Source: Minisyncoccota bacterium
GTDB lineage: Bacteria; Patescibacteriota; Minisyncoccia; Phycocordibacterales; UBA9973
Assembly (NCBI GenBank): GCA_041665925.1
Contig: JBAYHW010000001.1
Span: forward strand, 102,685-166,684
DNA: 64,000 nucleotides
Reading direction: 5' to 3'
This document shows, in pieces, positions 1 to 7,067 of this stretch. Every line of letters starts with the position of its first letter. Within the stretch, counting starts at the first letter, position 1. Position numbers and translations under genes: made by a program. Below the pieces are notes generated by a model. That model made no database searches and was not told where the DNA came from. It saw only the letters and a program-made list of their open reading frames with translations.

Positions 1-450
1 GCACCTTTTTGTCATCGATGAGTTGCATGGTATCCATGTCTCCAGAAGCGATGATAATATTTAATTTTTTATCATTTTTATATTTTTCTACTATGGTTCC
101 TAAAATATCGTCTGCTTCAAATCCCGGAGCATCGTAAATAGGAACATTAAAAGCATCAAAAATTTGCCTTGAGTTTTTTAATTGCATTATTAATGCATCG
201 TCGGTTTTAGCTCGTCCGGCCTTATAGGCTCCATACGCTTCATGCCTAAAAGTTTTTTGTGGTAAATCATAACAAGCCACAATATAGTCGGGCTTTAAGT
301 CGCTTATGATTTTCATCAACATACTAGAAAGCCCATAAAGCGCCCCAGTTGGCTCACCCTTTGATGATAAAAATTCAGGCAGAGCATGATACGCCCGGTG
401 AATTATGGCATGAGCGTCTAGTAAAACTAGTTTTTTTGTGTCGTTGGGCA
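1..450 (-). CDS. polA: DNA polymerase I, N-terminal 5'-3' exonuclease (FEN) domain. Partial: the start is at 450 and the gene runs off the window.
   Basis: The minus-strand translation from the ATG at 450 reads MPNDTKKLVLLDAHAIIHRAYHALPEF...YKAGRAKTDDALIMQL...GFEADDILGT, which is the classic Pol I 5'-3' exonuclease N-terminus. The ORF is open to the window edge. Confidence 0.75.
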
Positions 451-494
451 TTGGGATAATTATACCATTTTAAGAGCCCTAGTTTTTGTATGTT

Positions 495-950
495 TTATTT
501 AAAAATAAAGTTTCGCTTGTCTCCTTTGGTGTGCGAAATATAAACAAATTTGGAAGATTTCGGGATAACTTTCGACACATTTTCTGGCCATTCTATCAAA
601 ACCAAGTGTTCCTTGTTGTTAATAATTTCATCCCAACCTAGGTGTAAAAGCTCCTTTTCATTTTTTAAGCGGTAAGCATCTAGATGAAAAAGAAATTTAT
701 GTTTTTTATTTTTAAGGACATACTTTTTTATAATTACAAAGGTAGGACTATTAACTTTATTTTTTACCCCGAGATATTTCGCCACCATTTGAGTAAAGGT
801 TGTTTTTCCTACCCCTAAATCTCCAGACAAACCCACCACCAGCGCTCCCTCTTCTTTGCCAGGGTTTTTCAACAATTCATCCATAAACACCTCAGCTATT
901 TTTTCTGTTTCTTTGGCATTCTTAGAAATTATAATCGGCTTTTTTATCAT
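495..950 (-). CDS. tsaE: tRNA threonylcarbamoyladenosine biosynthesis ATPase TsaE (YjeE)
   Basis: The 151-aa protein has the P-loop GDLGVGKTTFTQ and the size and layout of TsaE/YjeE. Confidence 0.75.
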   Translation of the reverse strand: MIKKPIIISKNAKETEKIAEVFMDELLKNPGKEEGALVVGLSGDLGVGKTTFTQMVAKYLGVKNKVNSPTFVIIKKYVLKNKKHKFLFHLDAYRLKNEKELLHLGWDEIINNKEHLVLIEWPENVSKVIPKSSKFVYISHTKGDKRNFIFK

Positions 951-1022
951 ATTTTGATATTAACATAATTTAATGTTAAAACATTATCTTTTGGGGTTAA
1001 TATAAGCTATAATTTATTACAA

Positions 1023-2720
1023 ATGGCCTTATTTGATGAAGAAAAACCAAACAAACAGCTAGAGGATTTAAGGAAACTTGAAGAGGAGCAACTCGTCGCC
1101 ACACTAGCTGAATCCAAATATGGTTTACCTTATGTGGACTTGTATCGTCTAGGCATAGACAATGAAGCCCTTCGAGCAATATCTGAAAAGGATTCGCGTG
1201 AGATGAATGTTGCTCCTTTTAAACATTTTGGAAAAAATATTTTTATCGCTGTCCGCTCCCCTTCAGATGATTTACTAAAAAGATTAAAAGACGACATGGA
1301 AAGGAAGAACTTGGTTCCGACTTTTTATATGGCTTCGGGAGCAAGCTTAAATAAGGTCTGGGATAGATATAAAGAAATCTCCATGGCCGAAAGTTCCGCC
1401 GTAGGGGGTATAGATATCTCAGGAGAAATTCTAAGAGAAACTGCTAAAAAAATAGAAAAAATCCAAGATATTCAGAAAATGGTGACCGAAGCCCTAGAGG
1501 GAAATAAAATTCATAAAATTTCTCGCTTGTTAGAAATAATTCTAGCTGGAGCTATAGCCATCAAAGCTTCAGACATCCACATAGAACCAGAAAAGGACCG
1601 TGGCAGACTTCGCCTTCGCCTAGACGGCGTCTTGCAAGATGTAAATTTTTTTGGTCTAGATGTATATCGTTTACTTAATTCTAGAATTAAACTTTTATCG
1701 GGGATGAAGCTGACTTCCACTATCGCCCAAGATGGACGCTTCAGTATTATGGAAGAAAAAGAAGAGATAAGTATTCGTACTTCTCTTATCCCTGGAGCCT
1801 ACGGGGAATCTATAGTTATGCGTATCTTGGATCCGAAGTCGATTCAAGTAGGACTGGAAGAGATAGGAATTGAACCATTTCTATTTTCTGTGGTAGAACA
1901 AGAAATTGCAAAACCAAATGGTTTAATTCTGGTCACCGGTCCGACTGGTTCCGGAAAAACCACTACCCTTTACGCCTTCCTAAGGAAAATTTATTCTCCA
2001 GAAATAAAAATTATAACCATTGAAGACCCTGTGGAATATCATTTAACCGGTATAACTCAAACTCAAACCAATGAGGAAAAAGGCTACACTTTCGTAGAAG
2101 GATTACGTTCTGCTCTTCGCCAAGACCCAGATGTGGTGATGGTTGGAGAAATCCGTGATGGCGAAACTGCTGCCACCGCGGTGCAAGCTGCCCTCACTGG
2201 ACACATGGTCTTCTCTACGCTCCACACGAACAATGCTGCTGGAGTCATACCCCGCCTGATTGACCTCGGAGTAAATCCAAAAATATTAGTATCGGCATTG
2301 TCTCTATCTATCGCCCAACGCTTGGTCCGTAAGTTGTGCACAATTTGTAAAAAAGAAAAGCCTCTGACTGAAGAAGAAAATAAAGTTGTAAAAGTAATCT
2401 TGGATGAAATTAAGGAAGAAGGAAAAAGTTTGTCTAATTATCATATAAATCCAGATGCTCCTTTTAAAATCTTTACTTCGGTCGGCTGTGAAAAATGCAA
2501 CATGACCGGCTTTAAAGGGAGAATGGGAATTTTCGAAGCTATCCGCACCGACGAAGCTATAGAAAAAATAATGCCAGAAAATCCGAGCGAACGAGAAATT
2601 AAAAAAGTTGCTCGTGCGCAAGGTATACTCTCCATGCGTCAAGATGGTTTGGTAAAAATATTAAATGGAGTAACTTCAATGGAGGAAGTACAGAGCGTAG
2701 TAGATTTAAAAGAGGAATAA
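1023..2720 (+). CDS. pilB: Type IV pilus assembly / type II secretion ATPase (GspE/PilB family)
   Basis: The N-terminus resembles the GspE N-terminal domain. Walker A is GPTGSGKTT. The C-terminus carries a tetracysteine CxxC...CxxC motif and the Asp and His boxes typical of PilB/GspE. Confidence 0.8.
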   Translation: MALFDEEKPNKQLEDLRKLEEEQLVATLAESKYGLPYVDLYRLGIDNEALRAISEKDSREMNVAPFKHFGKNIFIAVRSPSDDLLKRLKDDMERKNLVPTFYMASGASLNKVWDRYKEISMAESSAVGGIDISGEILRETAKKIEKIQDIQKMVTEALEGNKIHKISRLLEIILAGAIAIKASDIHIEPEKDRGRLRLRLDGVLQDVNFFGLDVYRLLNSRIKLLSGMKLTSTIAQDGRFSIMEEKEEISIRTSLIPGAYGESIVMRILDPKSIQVGLEEIGIEPFLFSVVEQEIAKPNGLILVTGPTGSGKTTTLYAFLRKIYSPEIKIITIEDPVEYHLTGITQTQTNEEKGYTFVEGLRSALRQDPDVVMVGEIRDGETAATAVQAALTGHMVFSTLHTNNAAGVIPRLIDLGVNPKILVSALSLSIAQRLVRKLCTICKKEKPLTEEENKVVKVILDEIKEEGKSLSNYHINPDAPFKIFTSVGCEKCNMTGFKGRMGIFEAIRTDEAIEKIMPENPSEREIKKVARAQGILSMRQDGLVKILNGVTSMEEVQSVVDLKEE

Positions 2721-2726
2721 AAAAAG

Positions 2727-2865
2727 CATTAATCTCTAAACAATCCTTTCGGAGCTGGGCCCCGAGAGTAACAAAATATTATAGGATAGTTCCAGTAGTC
2801 TATAAATAGAACCAAAACGTCCTATGCAAAATCGTATAACCGATGGCTGATTGCTTAGAGATTAA
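2727..2865. repeat. 14-bp perfect inverted repeat (GCATTAATCTCTAA / TTAGAGATTAATGC) bracketing a ~110-nt segment that is GC-richer than its surroundings
   Basis: Read directly from the sequence in the pilB-ruvB intergenic region. Confidence 0.4.
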
Positions 2866-3010
2866 TGCCTTCTTACGCTCAATCTCACAAAAGAAATTAT
2901 ACTATATGTAAATAAATACAAATGCTATAATGTGTATAGCTATGTGTATACTGTGTTAATAAACAGCCCACTTCTTATTTACAAAGGTAGTATAGCATAT
3001 TATAAATGTA

Positions 3011-4054
3011 ATGTCAAGTAAAAAACCAAAAGAAATAGATAACCCAAGCTCGGAGAAAACCCCAGGAAACGGAGACTCCTTTTTAGATCAGACCCTCCGC
3101 CCTACCCGCTGGGACGAGTACATCGGCCAAAAACACATAAAAGACAACGTTAAAATCCTTCTGCGGGCCGCCGAAGAGCGCGGACACATCCCAGAGCACA
3201 TACTTTTCTATGGGCCACCAGGTCTAGGTAAAACAACACTTGCACATTTAATTGCTAAGGAAACTGGGAAGCAAATGAAAATAACTTCCGGCCCTGCTAT
3301 TGAGAAAGTCGGTGATTTAGCGTCTATCCTCACCAACCTTGCCCCCGGAGATATTCTTTTTATAGATGAAATTCACAGGCTAAATAAAATGGTGGAAGAA
3401 ATTCTCTACCCAGCCATGGAATCTGGAGTTTTAGATATTATTATCGGTAAGGGCCCTAGTGCGCGCACAATTCAACTCGATCTGCCTCCCTTTACACTCA
3501 TCGCCGCTACTACTCGCGTCGCCCTCGTGTCCTCTCCCCTTCGCTCCCGTTTTTCTGGAGGAGTTTTTCGTTTGGAATTTTATAGTAATGAAGAAATTGC
3601 AAAAATTATTGCTCGCTCAAGTAAACTTTTACAAGCAGAATTAGAAAAAGAAGCGTTGGAAGAAATTGCTAAAAGAAGTAGGTTCACCCCCCGTACTGCG
3701 AATTATTTTTTGAAACGTTGCCGAGACTTTGCCCAAGTCAACAAAAGAAGCTTAGATAAAAAAACAATAAAAGAAGCCCTAAACATGCTAGCAATAGACG
3801 ACATCGGTTTAAATTCTTCGGATAGAAAATTCTTAGAAGTTTTAATTGAGAAATTTAACGGCGGGCCGGTGGGACTTAAAACTATCGCCGCGTCAATGTC
3901 CGAAGAAGAAGCCACTGTCGAAGAAGTTGTTGAACCTTACCTCCTCCAGCTCGGCCTCCTAGAACGCTCCCCTCGCGGCCGCGTGGCTACAAACAAAGCT
4001 TACGAACATCTCGGATTTGATATAAAAGAAAATAAGCAAACTAAACTGATTTAA
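3011..4054 (+). CDS. ruvB: Holliday junction branch migration helicase RuvB
   Basis: Walker A GPPGLGKTTLAHLIA, the RuvB sensor motifs and the C-terminal winged-helix region are present over 347 aa. Confidence 0.9.
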   Translation: MSSKKPKEIDNPSSEKTPGNGDSFLDQTLRPTRWDEYIGQKHIKDNVKILLRAAEERGHIPEHILFYGPPGLGKTTLAHLIAKETGKQMKITSGPAIEKVGDLASILTNLAPGDILFIDEIHRLNKMVEEILYPAMESGVLDIIIGKGPSARTIQLDLPPFTLIAATTRVALVSSPLRSRFSGGVFRLEFYSNEEIAKIIARSSKLLQAELEKEALEEIAKRSRFTPRTANYFLKRCRDFAQVNKRSLDKKTIKEALNMLAIDDIGLNSSDRKFLEVLIEKFNGGPVGLKTIAASMSEEEATVEEVVEPYLLQLGLLERSPRGRVATNKAYEHLGFDIKENKQTKLI

Positions 4055-4124
4055 AAAAATACGCAAAAAAAAGAAAGGCTTGGCATTTTCTCTTTAAAAA
4101 AGAAAAAGTGCTAAACCTTTCGTG

Positions 4125-4395
4125 TGATATTCAATCGTTGAATATCAGCCGACCAAAATCCGAAGATTTTGGGTTTGGAGTGAGGGCCCGTTTCCGGGCC
4201 CTCGGGGTTGTTGTGACCACTGTGTAGCCCGATGTCGGATGGCTACTGGGTCGTCTCGGGGTTCACGGCGCCGGCGATCTTCGCGACGGTCTGCGGGTTC
4301 GACTGGGGCGGCGAATGGAAGGAACGATAGGTGAAACTCTTCATGATGTTTCTCCTTTTTCATCGAGCTTATCCCGGTTCCCGGGGGCTCGATAA
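4125..4395 (-). other. GC-rich structured island: stacked hairpins with GAAA and UUCG tetraloops, consistent with a minus-strand structured RNA. It also contains SD-led micro-ORFs.
   Basis: On the minus strand the hairpins are GAGGGCCCG-GAAA-CGGGCCCUC (4182-4203), CCAAAAUC-UUCG-GAUUUUGG (4153-4172), UGAUAUUCAA-CGA-UUGAAUAUCA (4125-4147), and AUCGAGC(CCCGG-GAA-CCGGG...)GCUCGAU (4363-4393). GC content is far above the flanking DNA. Confidence 0.45.
4243..4344 (-). CDS. Micro-ORF (33 aa, MKSFTYRSFHSPPQSNPQTVAKIAGAVNPETTQ) with a strong SD (AAGGAG 7 nt upstream), lying inside the GC-rich island
   Basis: The ATG at 4344 is preceded by aaaaaGGAGaaacatc. The antisense plus-strand frame 4232-4330 encodes a hydrophobic 32-aa peptide, MSDGYWVVSGFTAPAIFATVCGFDWGGEWKER. 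Which strand is translated, if either, is unresolved. Confidence 0.25.
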   Translation of the reverse strand: MKSFTYRSFHSPPQSNPQTVAKIAGAVNPETTQ

Positions 4396-4470
4396 TAGTA
4401 TCGTGCAATATATATATATGAATTGCAAGAGAGGTTATTAACAGGGCTAAAAAGTGGTAGAATCAATAAT

Positions 4471-5007
4471 ATGTCAGGTCATAACAAATGGGCGCAGATA
4501 AAACACAAGAAAGCAATCACGGATGCGAAAAAATCAAAGATTTTTTCTAAGCTGGTGCGTTTTATTTCTGTAGAAGCTAAACTTTCCGGCGGGAAAGATA
4601 GCCCGGGGCTTCGCGCAGCAATTGAAAAAGCAAAAAAAGTAAATATGCCGGCAGACAACATCGAGCGGGCGGTAAAGAAAGCGAGTGAGCCGGGAGCACA
4701 CATGGATGCTATACACTACGAGGCGCACGGTCCTGGTGGAGTCGGCATAATTATTGAAACTCTTACCGACAGCAAGAATAGAACCGTACAAGATATAAAA
4801 CATACACTTACAAAAAATGGTTTCAACTTAGGAGCAATAGGCTCCGTGGTCTGGGCTTTCCAAAAAGAAATAACTCCAGAAGGATTGGTCTGGAGACCGA
4901 CGAACACAGTTCCCCTCTCGGATGAAGATTTAGAACTTTTAGATAAACTCGTAGAAGAGCTTGAAGAAAATGATGATGTGCAAGATGTTTATACTAACGC
5001 AGAATAA
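4471..5007 (+). CDS. yebC: YebC/PmpR family probable transcriptional regulator (short form)
   Basis: The N-terminus MSGHNKWAQIKHKK matches the YebC signature. The ORF track starts 16 codons upstream and the internal ATG at 4471 is preferred. Confidence 0.8.
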   Translation: MSGHNKWAQIKHKKAITDAKKSKIFSKLVRFISVEAKLSGGKDSPGLRAAIEKAKKVNMPADNIERAVKKASEPGAHMDAIHYEAHGPGGVGIIIETLTDSKNRTVQDIKHTLTKNGFNLGAIGSVVWAFQKEITPEGLVWRPTNTVPLSDEDLELLDKLVEELEENDDVQDVYTNAE

Positions 5008-5010
5008 TTT

Positions 5011-5493
5011 ATGACTAGAATTTTAGGCATAGATCCGGGGTTTGAAAGACTTGGGGTCGCAATTTTAGAAAAAAATAAAGGCGACAAGCGTGAGCGTGTG
5101 ATCTTTTCTGAATGTTTTAAAACTTCGGCTAAATTAGAATTTTCAGAACGATTAAATCTAATCGGCGAGGAAGTTAGAAACATTATTAAAAAATACAAAC
5201 CGGAAATTTTATCAATAGAGACTTTGTTTCTAACCACAAATCATAAAACAGTAATGCATGTAGCAGAAGCCCGCGGGGTGGTGATTTATGAAGCCTCCAG
5301 GGCGGGGCTTAAAATATTTGAAGCTTCCCCACCACAAATCAAGATAGCCACGACTGGATACGGCCATGCGGACAAAAACCAAATAATAAAAATGGTGAAA
5401 ATACTGGTAGATATTGATGAAAAAAAGAAATCTGATGATGAATTAGATGCTATAGCTATAGCTATTACCGGCTTTGCGCACTTGCGGAATTGA
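5011..5493 (+). CDS. ruvC: Crossover junction endodeoxyribonuclease RuvC
   Basis: The sequence MTRILGIDPGFERLGVAILE... has the RuvC RNase H-like fold signature over 160 aa. Confidence 0.85.
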   Translation: MTRILGIDPGFERLGVAILEKNKGDKRERVIFSECFKTSAKLEFSERLNLIGEEVRNIIKKYKPEILSIETLFLTTNHKTVMHVAEARGVVIYEASRAGLKIFEASPPQIKIATTGYGHADKNQIIKMVKILVDIDEKKKSDDELDAIAIAITGFAHLRN

Positions 5494-5500
5494 TTAAGTT

Positions 5501-5547
5501 AGCCCGACGCAAGGTCGGGCTCCGACTTCGCTTTGCGAACATCGGAG
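5501..5547. repeat. GC-rich tandem double hairpin (AGCCCGAC-GCAAG-GUCGGGCU followed by CCGACUUCGC-UUU-GCGAA...UCGG). A related copy lies at 51363-51406.
   Basis: Read directly. Both copies contain CCGAC/GTCGG stems and both follow a plus-strand stop codon. Confidence 0.45.
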
Positions 5548-5633
5548 TTATCCACATTTTCTATTGCATAGCAATTTATATTTTGATACAAAGTAGACAT
5601 TAGTAGGCAGATTAATTAAAAAATAAAAAAAAT

Positions 5634-5759
5634 ATGGATGAGGAAGAGGAAGTATTGGGAGAAGATAGTTTGAAAATGTCTGATGATGAGCTCGATATGC
5701 CCCCAGAAGGGATGGAAGATGATTTCGGACTAGAAGATCCAGACGATAATTATCACTAA
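5634..5759 (+). CDS. Possible acidic micro-protein (41 aa, MDEEEEVLGEDSLKMSDDELDMPPEGMEDDFGLEDPDDNYH)
   Basis: An ATG-initiated ORF ends 4 nt before a perfect intrinsic terminator. No obvious SD is present. Confidence 0.25.
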   Translation: MDEEEEVLGEDSLKMSDDELDMPPEGMEDDFGLEDPDDNYH

Positions 5760-5763
5760 AATT

Positions 5764-5787
5764 AAAACACCCCATACGGGGTGTTTT
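5764..5787. terminator. Bidirectional intrinsic terminator AAAACACCCC-ATAC-GGGGTGTTTT
   Basis: A perfect 10-bp stem flanked by A and T runs. It overlaps the tyrS stop codon on the minus strand and follows the acidic micro-ORF on the plus strand. Confidence 0.8.
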
Positions 5788-6985
5788 AATTTTGTATAAT
5801 TTTAATAAATCTTTTTTTGCCTATTTTAAGAGTCAAATCTCTCCGAACTTCTAAATCCACATCTATAATATTTTCATTGTCGGTGAGATCGTGCACAGAG
5901 TTGCTTAATACTAGCCTGCGCCATTCGCTCTTGGAAGGTAGGATTTTATTTTTTACCAAGACTTCGCTCAGCAATTCTCCACCATCACATTTTATTTCTT
6001 CTATTTCTTCTGGAATTTCCTTTTTCTGAAAAGTATTAGAAAAATTTTCTTCAGCCTTTTGCGCTTCTTCTTCCGAATGCAGATTAGCTACTAAAGTATG
6101 CGCAATTCTTTTTTTAAGAACCATCGGGTCTTTCTTAACATCAAATGTTTCTATGGCACTCAAGGGTAAATCAGTAAGTAAGGTAAACATCGGAATAATG
6201 GCATCATCTCCTAAAGACATAATCTTCCCAAACAAATCACTAGGCTCATCCGTCAAACCAATAACATTATTTTCGCTCTTGCCTATCTTGACCCCCCTAG
6301 AATCAGAAAGTAGTGGGGTGGTCATTACTAACTTTTCTTTGTCTTTCATCGCTTTCATAAGCGTCCGCCCACAAAGCATATTGAATGTCTGGTCTGTCCC
6401 CCCAAGCTCTAAGTCCACGTCCATGGCCACAGAATCATACCCCTGTAAAAGCGGGTATAAAAACTCGCGAAGGTTTATGGATTCCCCCGCCTTGAGACGT
6501 TCTTGGAACATATCTCTTTCTATGAGTTGTTGCACTGAAAAGTGTTGGGCTATGTCTAGGATATCGACTAGAGTTAATTTATTCAACCAGTCCCCGTTAT
6601 ACATTATTTTGATAGGATTTTCTCCTTCAAAACGCACAACCTTAGAAGCTTGAGTTAAATAATCTTTAGCGTTGGCCCGCAGTTCGTCTTGAGTGAAGAA
6701 TTTTTCTCTAGTTTTCTTTTTGCCTGTAGGGTCTCCAGCCTGCCCAGTTCCATCCCCAATAAGAAAAATGACTTCGTGGCCAAGGTCTTGCCATTGTCTG
6801 TGTTTTCGAAAACCAACCATGTGCCCTATGTGTAGCTTGTCCCCGGTGGGATCAAATCCTTGGTATAGTCTTAGCTTTTTACCGGAACGTAAGAGCTCTT
6901 CTAGGGCTTCTTTCGAGGGATAAATTTTATCAACCCCCCTGGTCAGTAATTCTTCGATTTTTGTTTCGTCTGTATTAATGCTCAT
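5786..6985 (-). CDS. tyrS: Tyrosyl-tRNA synthetase
   Basis: Carries a HIGH motif (LHIGHMVG), a KMSKS-like KIGKSE, and a C-terminal S4-like domain over 399 aa. Confidence 0.9.
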   Translation of the reverse strand: MSINTDETKIEELLTRGVDKIYPSKEALEELLRSGKKLRLYQGFDPTGDKLHIGHMVGFRKHRQWQDLGHEVIFLIGDGTGQAGDPTGKKKTREKFFTQDELRANAKDYLTQASKVVRFEGENPIKIMYNGDWLNKLTLVDILDIAQHFSVQQLIERDMFQERLKAGESINLREFLYPLLQGYDSVAMDVDLELGGTDQTFNMLCGRTLMKAMKDKEKLVMTTPLLSDSRGVKIGKSENNVIGLTDEPSDLFGKIMSLGDDAIIPMFTLLTDLPLSAIETFDVKKDPMVLKKRIAHTLVANLHSEEEAQKAEENFSNTFQKKEIPEEIEEIKCDGGELLSEVLVKNKILPSKSEWRRLVLSNSVHDLTDNENIIDVDLEVRRDLTLKIGKKRFIKIIQN

Positions 6986-7067
6986 ATATAGTTCGGATTA
7001 TATCACCCCGAGCGAAATTTATAAAATTTCTTACGAAGCCAGACATTTTCTGTTATACTTGAGATAT

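Noticed and set aside
1511-2642. Several 60-110-aa ORFs antisense to pilB, with similar shadow ORFs inside ruvB, yebC, tyrS, the PBP gene, dnaA, the T4SS genes, uvrD, cca, pnp, the histidine kinase, ahcY and comM
   Set aside because: Each lies entirely inside a longer ORF on the opposite strand that carries strong family motifs. They have no start context or conservation logic, so they are shadow ORFs.
4125-4395. Island 1 as tmRNA, RNase P RNA or SRP RNA
   Set aside because: It lacks the tRNA-like T-arm/acceptor 3' end and tag reading frame of tmRNA. It lacks the P4 motifs (AGGAAAGUCCGG / ACAGAACCCGGCUUA) of RNase P RNA. It lacks the domain IV AGG...GGAA...AGCAGC motif of SRP RNA.
4145-4408. 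An 87-aa minus-strand ORF from the track that spans GC-rich island 1
   Set aside because: It begins at a TTG. The translation is low-complexity (Arg/Pro/Asp runs) and simply follows the GC-rich hairpins. It lies in a different frame from the SD-led micro-ORF, so it is treated as non-coding.
6978-7067. Upstream extension of the PBP gene (ORF-track start 6978), with analogous extensions for xth (49267-49395), uvrD (32557-32598), yebC (4423-4470) and cca (40391-40405)
   Set aside because: The extensions overlap neighbouring genes or tRNAs. The internal ATG in each case matches the conserved family N-terminus.
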